From NCBI RefSeq assembly GCF_053078305.1, contig NZ_CP166879.1: a DNA stretch of 64,000 nucleotides; one strand, 5' to 3'. Positions 31,353 to 41,192 of this stretch are shown piece by piece (position 1 is the stretch's first letter; each line of letters opens with the position of its first letter). The notes beneath the pieces were generated by a model, which was not told the origin of the DNA, searched no databases, and was given only the letters and a program-made list of their open reading frames with translations. Made by a program: the position numbers and the translations under genes.

Positions 31353-31682
31353 ATGAACAATCCGAATCCATGCATGACGTGTGGTGCCTGTTGTGCATTT
31401 TTCCGCGTCTCTTTTTACTGGGCTGAAGCCGATGATGCTGGCGGTACTATTCCCGCCAGGCTCACTGAACAAATATCCCCTTTTCACCGATGCATGAGCG
31501 GTACCAATCAGAAAAACCCCCGATGTGTCGCTCTGGCGGGAACTCCGGGTAAAAACGCATATTGCTCTGTTTACAAAAACCGTCCGTCCACATGCCGGGA
31601 ATTCGCAATGTCCGGAGAAAATGGCATCGCGAATGATGCATGCAACCGCGCACGGGCAAAATACGGACTTCCGGAAATCTGA
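31353..31682 (+). CDS. YkgJ-family cysteine-cluster protein
   Basis: ORF 31338..31682; start at [23 protein letters not shown] gives 109 aa with CxxCxxCC; AT-rich upstream. Confidence 0.6.
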   Translation: MNNPNPCMTCGACCAFFRVSFYWAEADDAGGTIPARLTEQISPFHRCMSGTNQKNPRCVALAGTPGKNAYCSVYKNRPSTCREFAMSGENGIANDACNRARAKYGLPEI

Positions 31683-31844
31683 AAATTATCCATATCAACA
31701 GAGTGCTCCTGAAACAAGATCAGCATCACGTACAGAATTAACATTTCCGTGGCAGTATTCGTCCGGCATAGTGTATACCTTCACAATAATGACATAATCA
31801 ACGCAGTTCATGGGGGAGGTGATGGTCCCCCATCTTTTTGTCTG

Positions 31845-32516
31845 TTATTCCTGTGCCCAGCCAACCCTGTATGCCAGTATCTCATCCGCACTGGTCAGCT
31901 TTTCCAGCTCCTTCTTCATGGTGCGCTGCCGGACGTGGATTTCCATCCCTTTGGTGAACATCGCCTGCTCTGCCGCTTCACTCAGCGCTATAAGCTCTTC
32001 TGCTGTCACCCCCACATCATTGTTTTCCGCATCCGTCCAGAAAAACGCCTCCGGCAGTTTCCCCGCTTTCGCTGCCGCCACCGATGGCTCAAGACGCGTC
32101 TGCGTTGACTTCCCGTAGTCCCATTTACGCCCATTGTGCTCAAACGTGTAGTTCGCCGCTTCCATCGCATTACGCCAGGCGTTAATTTCATCGCCCTTCA
32201 TCCCTCGCGCTTTCTCCGCGGTCAGCAGGTCCGTGATTTTCTCCCCGTCAAAACCCCAGCGCCCCGAGATGTCAGCTTTGCGGTTTTCTTCCGTATCCGC
32301 CACCTCCACCACACTCTGGCCCACTGGCCACAGAACTGATGCCACCCTGCTGATGCCGGTAATGACTCCGGCACTGTTATAAACCACCTTCAGCGTCTCT
32401 GCTGAAAATAACGACTGACACTCATACCAGTCCTGACCATCCTCTGATTTCAGGTACATCGCACCCGGCACATCCGGATTTTCCGGCGTGTATTGTCTGA
32501 AATTCTTTATGTGCAT
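31845..32516 (-). CDS. tfa: tail fiber assembly protein (Tfa-like)
   Basis: 223-aa ORF MHIKNFRQYTPE...WYECQSLFSAETLKVVYNSAGVITGIS...VVEV...RKADISGRWGF, typical Tfa N-terminal pattern; immediately downstream of stf. Confidence 0.8.
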   Translation of the reverse strand: MHIKNFRQYTPENPDVPGAMYLKSEDGQDWYECQSLFSAETLKVVYNSAGVITGISRVASVLWPVGQSVVEVADTEENRKADISGRWGFDGEKITDLLTAEKARGMKGDEINAWRNAMEAANYTFEHNGRKWDYGKSTQTRLEPSVAAAKAGKLPEAFFWTDAENNDVGVTAEELIALSEAAEQAMFTKGMEIHVRQRTMKKELEKLTSADEILAYRVGWAQE

Positions 32517-32557
32517 CTGTAAGTCCTCCCGGTTACATGTCTGAAAGATGATGCGCT

Positions 32558-34285
32558 TTATAATGGAAAATACTCAAACCCCGAAGCTCCTGACGACACA
32601 TACTCACCCACGCTGACTGTACGCCACTGAGAACCATCAAATGTCACCTGAAGCGGCCTGTAAGATACCCTGTCAATAAGGGTTTTGTTTCCGTCGTTGT
32701 AACCGCCAATCCCCGTAATCATTGCACCAATATCCAAATCCACTGCCCATGTAGTGCTGTCTGTTTGCGGCGCATAAGTCTGTTTATTACCCAGCCTGAT
32801 ACCCACAACCCGGCTCTTCCCGTCTGATGCCCCGGGCGGCCCCATCGGCCCGGTTTCTCCACGCTCACCTCTGGGACCGGGGTCTCCTTTCTCCCCTTTC
32901 GGTCCCTGCGCTCCCCGCGGACCAGCGGGGCCTGTTGCTCCCGTTTCACCTTTCGGACCCTGTGCTCCGGGGTCGCCTTTCTCTCCTTTCGGACCGGGAA
33001 CACCACCTCCTGCTGCAGCCTCTTCTGCCTTTGTTTTCGCTTCATTTGCCACATCCATTGCCGCCTTCACGGCCTTCGGCGTGGCTGCCTTTGTTTCGTC
33101 ATTACTGCCAGTATCACTGCTTAACTGCACCACACCTTTCTGCGTCGTGCTGGCATCCCGCTGGCTGACCGTATCCGGTTTGTTTTTTGTGCTGTAATCC
33201 ACCCGCCAGTGGAAATACCGTGTGTCGCCGTAAACCGTACAGGTACAGACCGTGCCATTAATAAACCCCGTTGCACCGTATTCGCCAATGGTGACCCGGA
33301 CTATGGCAGCCTCATACGTTCCCATCACCTCAATGACACAGCCACCCAGATTGAGTTTTCCCGGTCCGACATCCGTGATGACTTTATTCATTGACGCAAG
33401 CAGTGATGCCTTCATCATCCAGTAAGGCTGGTCAAATGCCCCTTTTTCTTTCAGCCAGGCAACAAACTCGCGTGTTTTCCATTCACCGGCCCCCGTATGA
33501 ATGTCCCGCCCGTATACTCTGGCTGCTCCCACGGTGTTCAGAAACTTCACCTTATCCGGGATATCGTCACCGTTTTTCGCTTTCTCCAGGCATCCGTCCG
33601 CTTTGTCCATTGCCGCTTTCACCGCTTTCGGGGTGGCTGCCTTCGTTTCATCATCACTGTCCGTTGCGCTGCTTAACTGCACAATTCCCTTCTGTGCCGT
33701 CGTCGCATCCGGCCCTCCCGGCTCGCCTTTTTCGCCCTTCTCTCCCCGTTCACCTTTCACACCCTGAAGCCCCTGTGGTCCTGTCTCACCACGCTCACCC
33801 TTTGGCCCCCGCTCGCCGGTATCGCCTTTTGGCCCGGGAATACCCTGCGGCCCGGTGTCCCCCTTATCCCCCTTCGGTCCCCGTGCATTCTCTGCCCGTT
33901 TTTTTGCCTCCTCCGCACTGGCTGCGGAGGCTTCCGCACGTTTCAGGATTTCCGCTGCCACCGCTTCCAGCTCTGCAAGGGCTTTCGGGTAATACTGTGC
34001 GTCTTCCAGGTCCATCAGAAATTTATTCAGCGTTCCCGGTGCAGAATCCGCCTTCACCAGAATGTCACCCACATATGACGGCGCGTACCCTTCCGTGTTC
34101 AGCGTCACCCGGTACAACCCCGGCTCAACATCCATACTGTAACTGCCGGTTTCCCCCGGCAGACCATACGCCACCGTGGTGACAATCACCGTCTCCGTTG
34201 TGCGTCGCGCTTTCAGCTCTATCGTGCATCCCGGTACCGCTTTTCCCGTACCATCCTTCAGCACACCCGATATTCTGACTGTCAT
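32558..34285 (-). CDS. stf: side tail fiber protein with collagen-like Gly-X-Y tracts
   Basis: 575-aa ORF; N-terminus [28 protein letters not shown] resembles lambda Stf; two [17 protein letters not shown] tracts and two [10 protein letters not shown]...[15 protein letters not shown] motifs. Confidence 0.85.
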   Translation of the reverse strand: MTVRISGVLKDGTGKAVPGCTIELKARRTTETVIVTTVAYGLPGETGSYSMDVEPGLYRVTLNTEGYAPSYVGDILVKADSAPGTLNKFLMDLEDAQYYPKALAELEAVAAEILKRAEASAASAEEAKKRAENARGPKGDKGDTGPQGIPGPKGDTGERGPKGERGETGPQGLQGVKGERGEKGEKGEPGGPDATTAQKGIVQLSSATDSDDETKAATPKAVKAAMDKADGCLEKAKNGDDIPDKVKFLNTVGAARVYGRDIHTGAGEWKTREFVAWLKEKGAFDQPYWMMKASLLASMNKVITDVGPGKLNLGGCVIEVMGTYEAAIVRVTIGEYGATGFINGTVCTCTVYGDTRYFHWRVDYSTKNKPDTVSQRDASTTQKGVVQLSSDTGSNDETKAATPKAVKAAMDVANEAKTKAEEAAAGGGVPGPKGEKGDPGAQGPKGETGATGPAGPRGAQGPKGEKGDPGPRGERGETGPMGPPGASDGKSRVVGIRLGNKQTYAPQTDSTTWAVDLDIGAMITGIGGYNDGNKTLIDRVSYRPLQVTFDGSQWRTVSVGEYVSSGASGFEYFPL

Positions 34286-34427
34286 GGATTTCCCCCATAA
34301 AAAAACCGCAGTACCGGTTTCCCGGCCTGCGGTAAAATTTGTGGTTTGTTGGTGTTAAAACGGTGCCATCCGGCTGACCACCCTCAGCAACCGGTCGGCG
34401 GGGGATATTCTCCCCCGCCACGGTTTC

Positions 34428-34568
34428 TTACTGCTTACACTGTAAGAACGCCGCAATCTCCGCGCCCGCTATCCGGAACCGGAACTCGCACAGTGAACTG
34501 TGGGTGATCCAGATAATGAGCACTACCGTGATACAAATCACGGTGGTTTTTAACGGTTTTTGCGACAT
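34428..34568 (-). CDS. Hok/Gef-family type I toxin-like small membrane protein
   Basis: 46-aa ORF below the track cutoff: MSQKPLKTTVICITVVLIIWITHSSLCEFRFRIAGAEIAAFLQCKQ; preceded by AAGGAG; TM helix plus LCExRxR...E[IV]AAF pattern. Confidence 0.55.
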   Translation of the reverse strand: MSQKPLKTTVICITVVLIIWITHSSLCEFRFRIAGAEIAAFLQCKQ

Positions 34569-34766
34569 AAACGCTTGCTCCTTTTACGGAGAGGCGCTAA
34601 CCTTCCACTTGTTGAAGGTAGGAACGTCAGGCCTCGGGTTAAACATGAATGTTTGTCCGGGGCCTTTTCACATCCGGCCTTCAGGTGCTCCCTCCGGCCA
34701 TCAGCCAAAGGCACCCGCGCATAATGTACGGTTTTTGTCTCCTTCCGGCAATCCGGCTCCTCATGA

Positions 34767-37700
34767 TCACGAAATACTGATACCCGCCGTGGACTTCTTC
34801 ATCACGACAACCAGCAGATCGCTGATACTCGCTGTCGGGTACCATCCATTCACCAGCCAGGCAGACACAGAAAACTCCAGCGTCATATGCCCCCTTCCTG
34901 CAGGCATATCAATCACCCCTGAATACACCTGAGACTCAGCCAGCGCCGTCCTTTCAAAAAGCACCCTGCCGTTACATTTCACCATCAGCCGGCATGATGA
35001 ATAAATATCGTTATGCTCTCTCTCATGTTTAGCGCCGCTGAAAGCCACTGCCGGGATCACAATTTGCCGGTCAAAAGGCTGATCGTCATAAATCCTGACG
35101 GTAATGGTCCCCGATGGCCACCGCTCCGGTGCGCGGGAGTCCCGCGGGAAAGCCTTCCCCACGGTTTTAACAATATCGCCTTCAATCTGGTTGGCAGACA
35201 GTTTTCCAAGTATCCGGCAGTTCTGGTTAATGGTCACATTATTGAGCGTGCCCGAGTTCGCACTGATATGTCCGCTGATGTCCGCATTGCGGGCCGTCAG
35301 CCTGCCCTCCGGCGTCAGGGAGAACGTCGGGGGATTGCCGGACGAGGTGATGCTCACTGCAAACAACCGCTTCAGGAACACATCGTTCATGAACAGCTGA
35401 TTCCCCTGCGCCACAAACAGCGGCGTGGTGTTGCCGTTCTCCGGGTTAATCATCGCGATACGGTCCGCCTGCAGCAGTATATTGCTCAGGGGCTGGCCAT
35501 CAGCATCCTCAATCCCCGCACCAATACCGGCAACATACGGAATGCCGTTTTTCGTTTTCTGCACCTTCAGCATGTACAGCGCAGCCAGGTCGTTATTTGT
35601 GTCTGTCTGCACCCGCTGTATCTGCTGTATGGTGGCACTCTGGTCTTCCAGGGTTTTACTGACCGTCTGCGTGATTTCATTGCGGGTTTCGGTGATGGTG
35701 GTCTTCATCTCCGCCATCTCATCATCAAGCTGGCTGTTATCAATCAGCTCCCACATCCCCTGTGCCAGATGTGTCTTCCCGATTTCTCCTCTGAAAAAGT
35801 CCAGATACCCTTCCGCATCATTGCTGGCCCGGCCACTGGCTTCCACAAACGCAGATTTCCCCACCAGGTTGACGCTGCGCACATAAAACCAGAAATCCTT
35901 CCCCGGCTTAATGTGCGGGCCGGAGACACTCCACTGGCGGCCTGTCCCCAGATAACGGGCAGAGGTTTCCACCTGAGATGTGTCTGCGATTTTTGCCTCC
36001 GAAAACCAGAACTCAAATTGTACCGTCGGGTCATACACCGTAAGATGCGGGACCGCCGTTATCTGATAATACCCCGGCGTCAGCTCAATGCTGTCCGGTG
36101 CTGCCGGGGCGTTAATCCGGAACGTGGTGGTGGCAGGTTCGCCCTGCTGGCCGTAGCTGTTTATCGCCCTGACCGTCAGGGTGTATTCCCCGGGCGGCAG
36201 GCCACTGAAACGGTGCTCCGTATCGGCAGTGATGGCGCTGGTCACCAGGCGGCTGTTTTCACCACTGCCACTGGTCAGGCGCAGACTGAAGCGCACGCCC
36301 TTCACCACCCGCGGCGTGTCCCATTTTGCCAGCGCCATATACTGGCCGTCTGAGGCACTCACCTCCACCGTGAGGTGCTGCACTGCCGGCGGGATGACGC
36401 TGTTCAGTGAACCGGAGAGCGGCTCAAAGCGGGCCCCGTTATCCACGATGGCTTCTTTTTCCGGTACGTGCTGCACTGCCGTGATGGCAAAGGTGCCGTC
36501 CGTGTTTTCCCGGATGGAAACACAGCGGAACAGGCGACGACGCAGTGACGGCAGGGAGAGTCCCCACACACCGTATGTCTCCACGCCATCCGGCAGGGCG
36601 CTGACCTGTATCCGGTCAGGGGCGGGGTGTGCAGTGATGTCCACGCGCACCGGCTTACCGCTGCCGTTAATCAGGTTCACCGTCGATGTACCTGCTTCCG
36701 GCAGTGTCACCTCACGGTCCAGCGTCAGTGTGCGGCTGGCGGCATCGATGGACAGGATGCGTCCACCGGTCAGGGTCCCGGCATAGTCGTTATCACAGAT
36801 TTCAATGATGTCACCGGGCGTGTGCCGCAGCCCCTGTGACCCGAGCATGAAATCCACCGTCTGTGTTTCCAGCAGTTCTGTCTTTATCACCCACAGTCCG
36901 GCACGGTGGGCCTGACCGCGGCTGGTACAGCCGAACGCATCCATCTTCAGCAGATTGCGCCCGTAGCGCAGGATGGCGTCCGGGTCTTCCACCAGTTCCG
37001 TGGAAGTCTGCCAGCCGTTCTGCGGGTCAGTGTAATTCACCTCCACCGCCGTGTGCCGGTCCTTCAGGGCACTGAAGCTGTAGCGGAACCCCACGCCGTT
37101 ATCATCCACCACCACATCGCTGTTGGTGTACGGCCACACCACATCCGACGGACGGTCCTGAACGAACGTCAGCGTCTGGCCGTTCCATACCGGCATACAG
37201 CGCATCGCCGAGCAGAAATCCCCCAGGACATCCCACACCTTACGCTGCTGTGACAGGTACGCATTGAAAGTCATCCGCGGCTCTGTTCCCCCGAAACCAT
37301 CCGGGACCGTCTGGTCACAGTACTGCCCGATGGCATACAGTGCCCACTTGTCCACGTCCGGGGCCCCCAGGCGTTTTCCCATCCCGTAGCGCGGGTGGGT
37401 CAGCATGTCCCACAGGCACCAGGCCGGGTTATTGCTGTATGCCGGTTTCAGACTCCCGTCCCAGATACCGCTGTAGGTGCGTTTTTCCGGGTCATAGTTT
37501 GACGGCACCTGAATGATGCGACCACGGATATGGTAGTTCACCGTCAGCTGCTGGCCACCAAACTGCTCCGCATCCACCTGCAGCCCCACAATGGCCGTGT
37601 TCGGGTAGCACTGTTTCACATCGATGATTTCGGTGTATGACGACCACAGCGTTCTGTTCTGCAGCTGGTCCGTGGTGCTGTCCGCCGTCTCCCTGACCAT

Positions 37701-38240
37701 CCGGATGTTAAAGGGGCGCTCAGGGAGATTATTCAGAATCACCGACGTCAGGTACTGCGAGGTGGTCTTGCCGTTAATGGTGATATCCTTCTCCGTCACC
37801 CAGTGCCCGTTACGCTCAAGCTGAATCAGCAGGCGGACAGAAGAGGGATTACGGTCACCCTTTGAGGTGGTCTCCACCAGTGACTGTACCCCGAAGGTGA
37901 CCCGCAGACGGTCAATGTTCGCTGACGTGATGGTGCGCGTCACCGGCTTTGCCTTCGTCACCTCCACGCCCAGTGCGGTTTCCGCCCCGGAGGACTCAAA
38001 GCCTTCCGGCGGTGTCTGCTCCTGCTCCCCGGCACGCCAGACGGCGGTCACACCGTGTATCACAGGATTACCGTCCGTGTCCGTCAGCGGGGTTTTGTTC
38101 ACCAGAATACTCTGCAGTCCCTTCACCGGGCCTTCCACCGGTCCCTCACCAATGGCATCAATCACGCTCATCATCTGCGTGGATTTGAGATTGTCCTTCG
38201 CCTCACGCGGTGTGTGCCCCTTGCCGCCCCCTTTACCCAC
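34767..38240 (-). CDS. J: host specificity protein J (central tail fiber)
   Basis: ORF 34767..38291; GTG start at 38240 gives [22 protein letters not shown] aligned to lambda J N-terminus; similarity along most of the length, C-terminal 150 aa divergent. Confidence 0.92.
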   Translation of the reverse strand: MGKGGGKGHTPREAKDNLKSTQMMSVIDAIGEGPVEGPVKGLQSILVNKTPLTDTDGNPVIHGVTAVWRAGEQEQTPPEGFESSGAETALGVEVTKAKPVTRTITSANIDRLRVTFGVQSLVETTSKGDRNPSSVRLLIQLERNGHWVTEKDITINGKTTSQYLTSVILNNLPERPFNIRMVRETADSTTDQLQNRTLWSSYTEIIDVKQCYPNTAIVGLQVDAEQFGGQQLTVNYHIRGRIIQVPSNYDPEKRTYSGIWDGSLKPAYSNNPAWCLWDMLTHPRYGMGKRLGAPDVDKWALYAIGQYCDQTVPDGFGGTEPRMTFNAYLSQQRKVWDVLGDFCSAMRCMPVWNGQTLTFVQDRPSDVVWPYTNSDVVVDDNGVGFRYSFSALKDRHTAVEVNYTDPQNGWQTSTELVEDPDAILRYGRNLLKMDAFGCTSRGQAHRAGLWVIKTELLETQTVDFMLGSQGLRHTPGDIIEICDNDYAGTLTGGRILSIDAASRTLTLDREVTLPEAGTSTVNLINGSGKPVRVDITAHPAPDRIQVSALPDGVETYGVWGLSLPSLRRRLFRCVSIRENTDGTFAITAVQHVPEKEAIVDNGARFEPLSGSLNSVIPPAVQHLTVEVSASDGQYMALAKWDTPRVVKGVRFSLRLTSGSGENSRLVTSAITADTEHRFSGLPPGEYTLTVRAINSYGQQGEPATTTFRINAPAAPDSIELTPGYYQITAVPHLTVYDPTVQFEFWFSEAKIADTSQVETSARYLGTGRQWSVSGPHIKPGKDFWFYVRSVNLVGKSAFVEASGRASNDAEGYLDFFRGEIGKTHLAQGMWELIDNSQLDDEMAEMKTTITETRNEITQTVSKTLEDQSATIQQIQRVQTDTNNDLAALYMLKVQKTKNGIPYVAGIGAGIEDADGQPLSNILLQADRIAMINPENGNTTPLFVAQGNQLFMNDVFLKRLFAVSITSSGNPPTFSLTPEGRLTARNADISGHISANSGTLNNVTINQNCRILGKLSANQIEGDIVKTVGKAFPRDSRAPERWPSGTITVRIYDDQPFDRQIVIPAVAFSGAKHEREHNDIYSSCRLMVKCNGRVLFERTALAESQVYSGVIDMPAGRGHMTLEFSVSAWLVNGWYPTASISDLLVVVMKKSTAGISIS

Positions 38241-38280
38241 TCTGTCCCCCTCTCCTGTCTGATGTCTGAATCTGTTTATG

Positions 38281-38314
38281 CCCAAAAACAACAGGCACCC
38301 CGGAGGGTGCCTGT
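38281..38314 (-). terminator. intrinsic terminator-like hairpin upstream of J
   Basis: Minus strand: 9-bp stem CAGGCACCC/GGGTGCCTG, loop, then TTGTTTTTGGG. Confidence 0.5.
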
Positions 38315-38329
38315 GTCATGACGGAATAA

Positions 38330-38488
38330 AATTTCTGAAATTCTTCACATTTCCGGCAATTGCCTGTAGCCACTATAATGACGCAGCGTTACAGTTTTTT
38401 TGCTCAATAAAAGCAATAATTATCAGACCTCCTTAAGGTGACTATTCGTCTCCCGTCAGTATCCGGCGATATTACGGGAGATTTTTTT
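38330..38488 (+). ncRNA. candidate small RNA, unit A
   Basis: TATAAT at 38374-38379, about 95 nt to terminator tcccgt...acggga plus T7. Confidence 0.35.
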
Positions 38489-38572
38489 GCTTCAGCCACA
38501 CCACAACATCCTGCTCATTTACGCCACTGGTACCCTGGCGGTCATCCGTTCTGTAAACCTGCGACAGAAAAA

Positions 38573-38722
38573 GTCTGAATTTCTTCACATTTTCTGTACG
38601 TTCCCGTGGCAGATATCATTCCGGGGCGTTACAGTTTTTTCGGGTCAATAAAAACAAAACTCCTTGAACGTTAATCTTCATCGGTTCTGTCCCGCAGTCT
38701 CCGGACTCTGCGGGATTTTTTT
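38573..38722 (+). ncRNA. candidate small RNA, unit B
   Basis: Same conserved box; weaker -10 (gatatcat); terminator cccgcagtctccggactctgcggg plus T7. Confidence 0.3.
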
Positions 38723-38800
38723 ATCCCTTAACCCCGGCATGATGTTTTCTGTCTTCTGCCACAGATACCCGGCAAGCTCCCTGCACCTCTGCAGCAAAAA

Positions 38801-38948
38801 ATTTCTGAATTTCTTCACATTTTCGCAAAATCCATGTGGCGCTTATAATTTCGCTGCGTTAATGTTTTTCTGCCCAAAAAAATAACTCCATAACGTTAAT
38901 CTTCATCGTTATTTCCCGCAGCTCCGCTAACTCTGCGGGATTTTTTTT
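38801..38948 (+). ncRNA. candidate small RNA, unit C
   Basis: TATAAT at 38844-38849; terminator cccgcagctccgctaactctgcggg plus T8. Confidence 0.35.
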
Positions 38949-38952
38949 ATTT

Positions 38953-39633
38953 TTATCCCCGCCCGATAACCACCACTTTCCCGTCTCCGCCCTCATCACG
39001 GGTGCTGATATCCTGGGATATCCGTCGTGAACCAACCAGCATTTCACCGTAAGGCACCGGCATCGGGTTACCCTGGGCAATCATGTTGTCCAGTGACGAA
39101 AAATACGTGTTCTGTTTACCGTTATCCGTACTTTTATACTCCGGCGTCTTTGCCTTCGGGGCCAGCATCTGAGCCACACCACCCAGTATCATGCTGGCAC
39201 CCAGTGAGAACAGCATCGTGGTGGCAGTCAGCCCTCCGGCACTCAGGGCTGCGCCCCATGCCGCCAGTGTTGCACCACCAGTGAAAAATGACCCGACAAT
39301 CGCTGCAACCCCCAGCACCACCTGAAAAACACCATTTCCCCCGGCTCCGGCCAGTCGCGGCACAATGTGGATGACCGCTCCCTCACCCAGTTGTTCGTGA
39401 AGACGGGCGTACACCGCCTCCGGTGCGGTATCCTCACCGGCAATACGTATCTGATACCAGCCTTCGTTCATCTGACCGCGGAATCCCGGCACCTGCAGCG
39501 ACAGGGCACGGATGGCCTCCGCTGCCGTGTTCACATACAGGCTGATGCGGCGACCAAATCGTTGTAAATCCCCGTGAAGGCAGATGCGGACCAGTGGCGG
39601 TGACGCCAGACAGAATGCGTTCGTCGTTGCCAT
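38953..39633 (-). CDS. I: tail assembly protein I
   Basis: 226-aa ORF MATTNAFCLASPPLVRICLHGDLQRFGRRISLYVNTAAEAIRALSLQ... resembling lambda gpI. Confidence 0.9.
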   Translation of the reverse strand: MATTNAFCLASPPLVRICLHGDLQRFGRRISLYVNTAAEAIRALSLQVPGFRGQMNEGWYQIRIAGEDTAPEAVYARLHEQLGEGAVIHIVPRLAGAGGNGVFQVVLGVAAIVGSFFTGGATLAAWGAALSAGGLTATTMLFSLGASMILGGVAQMLAPKAKTPEYKSTDNGKQNTYFSSLDNMIAQGNPMPVPYGEMLVGSRRISQDISTRDEGGDGKVVVIGRG

Positions 39634-40274
39634 TTCTCTGAATACCTCTCCCGTTTACTCAGTTGTTCAGGTATATGGTGAAGCAGTTCACCGTTGCCAC
39701 AGTAAATGGCGGCATGATTCGGCACCGATGAACCAAAGCAGCACAGCAGGATATCGCCCGCCTGTGCACAGGACGGAGACACCCGGTAAAAGCCGTTGTC
39801 TGCCAGGTTGTCCAGGTACAGGTTCTGACCGTTGCGCCACCAGTCATCCTCACGCACAAAATCCGGCAGCGTTATCCCCGCCAGATGGTATGCATCCCGG
39901 AACAGGGTGTAACAGTCCGTCACACCGTGTTCAAAGCGCCGTCCGGTCAGGTGCGGCACACAGCGGAACCGGTGAATTTCACCCCGGCAGACCAGCCACC
40001 AGGGCAGGGCACTCTTTATCTGCAGCCGCCGGTCCGCCTCGCTCAGCCAGGGCAGACCACCGGGATGACTGTGGACCAGCGCCACAATCTCCCCCTGCAT
40101 CTGTGCCTGCAGCCAGTCTTCCGGTGTAATACGAAAATACGCCTCCGGCTCTGCGGAGATATTCACGCAGGGCTGGTACCGTTCGCCCTCCGGGGTGCTT
40201 ATCACGAAGCCGCACGACTCCGCTGGCGCACACCGCCGGGCATGCACCAGAATCGCTGATTCAGTCTGTGTCAT
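39531..40274 (-). CDS. K: tail assembly protein K (NlpC/P60 and JAB/MPN-like)
   Basis: ORF 39531..40535; start at MTQTESAILVHARRCAPAESCGFV; HSHPGG and LHHIP motifs. Confidence 0.88.
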   Translation of the reverse strand: MTQTESAILVHARRCAPAESCGFVISTPEGERYQPCVNISAEPEAYFRITPEDWLQAQMQGEIVALVHSHPGGLPWLSEADRRLQIKSALPWWLVCRGEIHRFRCVPHLTGRRFEHGVTDCYTLFRDAYHLAGITLPDFVREDDWWRNGQNLYLDNLADNGFYRVSPSCAQAGDILLCCFGSSVPNHAAIYCGNGELLHHIPEQLSKRERYSEKWQRRTHSVWRHRHWSASAFTGIYNDLVAASACM

Positions 40275-40284
40275 AAACCGGGAT

Positions 40285-40983
40285 TTACTGCGAAAGTTTA
40301 TTGATGGAAAGGAAACCGCCAAAATTGACCGCCATGCCGCGCATCTCACACCCGCGCATGCATTTACTGCATCTGTCCTTCCGGATATCCGTGGTAGGGT
40401 TGTCGAACTCATCCGCCACTGCCGGACCGTTATACCCGCACTCATCGCCCCGGTAATCCCACATACAGGTGTTCGCCAGCATGATGCGACCGGGAAACAG
40501 CGCCCCGTCCGTCTCCGTCGGTGTCGCCAGCACAAACGAGGCCGTCATGGCCGTCAGCGCTGATAACTGCTCCACCACCCACCGGTCCGTCAGCTCCTGC
40601 TCCGGGTCTGCCTCCGGATTCCCCGCCACAAAGTTCACCGCATCAAGAAAACGCGCATACACCCGGCGGCGGACCACCGTGGCACCCACCAGGCTCTGCA
40701 AATCCTCCGCCATCCCGGTGACAAGGCCGAAAAGATTGGACACCGTCAGCGACGGGCGGGCACTGCTGCCCTTTCCGTTCATCTCAAAGCCGCTGCCCTC
40801 AATCGGGTACGCCTGATATTCACGCCCCTGCCAGGTCACCGGCTCCCCTTTTTCATTCAGCTCATTGCAGAAAAAATACCGCTCACCGCCCTGCACCGTC
40901 AGGTCGATTTCCCAGAGCACCACCCGCGGTGACTGCTCTGACTTAACCGACTCGTTCAGGCTTTCTTCGTGAATATCCTGCAT
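40285..40983 (-). CDS. L: minor tail protein L
   Basis: ORF 40285..41025; start at MQDIHEESLNE; VVLWEIDL...GERYFFCNE...GEPVTWQGREYQ resembles lambda gpL. Confidence 0.9.
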   Translation of the reverse strand: MQDIHEESLNESVKSEQSPRVVLWEIDLTVQGGERYFFCNELNEKGEPVTWQGREYQAYPIEGSGFEMNGKGSSARPSLTVSNLFGLVTGMAEDLQSLVGATVVRRRVYARFLDAVNFVAGNPEADPEQELTDRWVVEQLSALTAMTASFVLATPTETDGALFPGRIMLANTCMWDYRGDECGYNGPAVADEFDNPTTDIRKDRCSKCMRGCEMRGMAVNFGGFLSINKLSQ

Positions 40984-40994
40984 ATATCCGCCCA

Positions 40995-41019
40995 TAAAAA
41001 AGGGGCGCAGACGCGCCCC
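40995..41019 (-). terminator. intrinsic terminator ending the porin insert
   Basis: Minus strand hairpin GGGGCGCGTCTGCGCCCC plus T7, 12 nt before L start codon. Confidence 0.65.
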
Positions 41020-41192
41020 GAACAATAAAAGTCCAATTTAAAATAAAACCAATAAAGGTAATAACAGAAAGTTAAATCAGCACATGCCAGATGGCAATTG
41101 CTGATCGCAGTGACCAATGAAAACTGTGTTTTCATTGATACAGGCCGCCTGTAAGGGCAGACGGCCCGTATTTATTAACTTATCAGCAATAA

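Larger units (their letters stand above)
38330..38948 (+). repeat. three tandem ~150-bp units (period about 230-245 bp), each with conserved box, TATAAT-like element and intrinsic terminator
   Basis: Conserved blocks aatttctgaa(a/t)ttcttcacattt, gcgtta(c/a)(a/t)gttttt, tcaataaaa; terminators at 38451-38488, 38691-38722, 38915-38948; no ORF. Confidence 0.85.

Noticed and set aside
34286-34766. lom-like outer membrane protein gene between J and stf
   Set aside because: No ORF of about 200 aa with a signal peptide; the only convincing coding feature is the 46-aa Hok-like ORF.
35013-36353. 446-aa plus-strand ORF, and others at 33391..34182 and 36181..36786
   Set aside because: They lie antisense within J and stf, have Arg/Pro-rich low-complexity composition and no start context; shadow ORFs of GC-rich coding sequence.
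38330-38948. Possible CRISPR array between I and J
   Set aside because: Units are about 150 bp with terminator structures and a spacing of 230-245 bp; there are no short 28-37 bp direct repeats with unique spacers and no cas genes.
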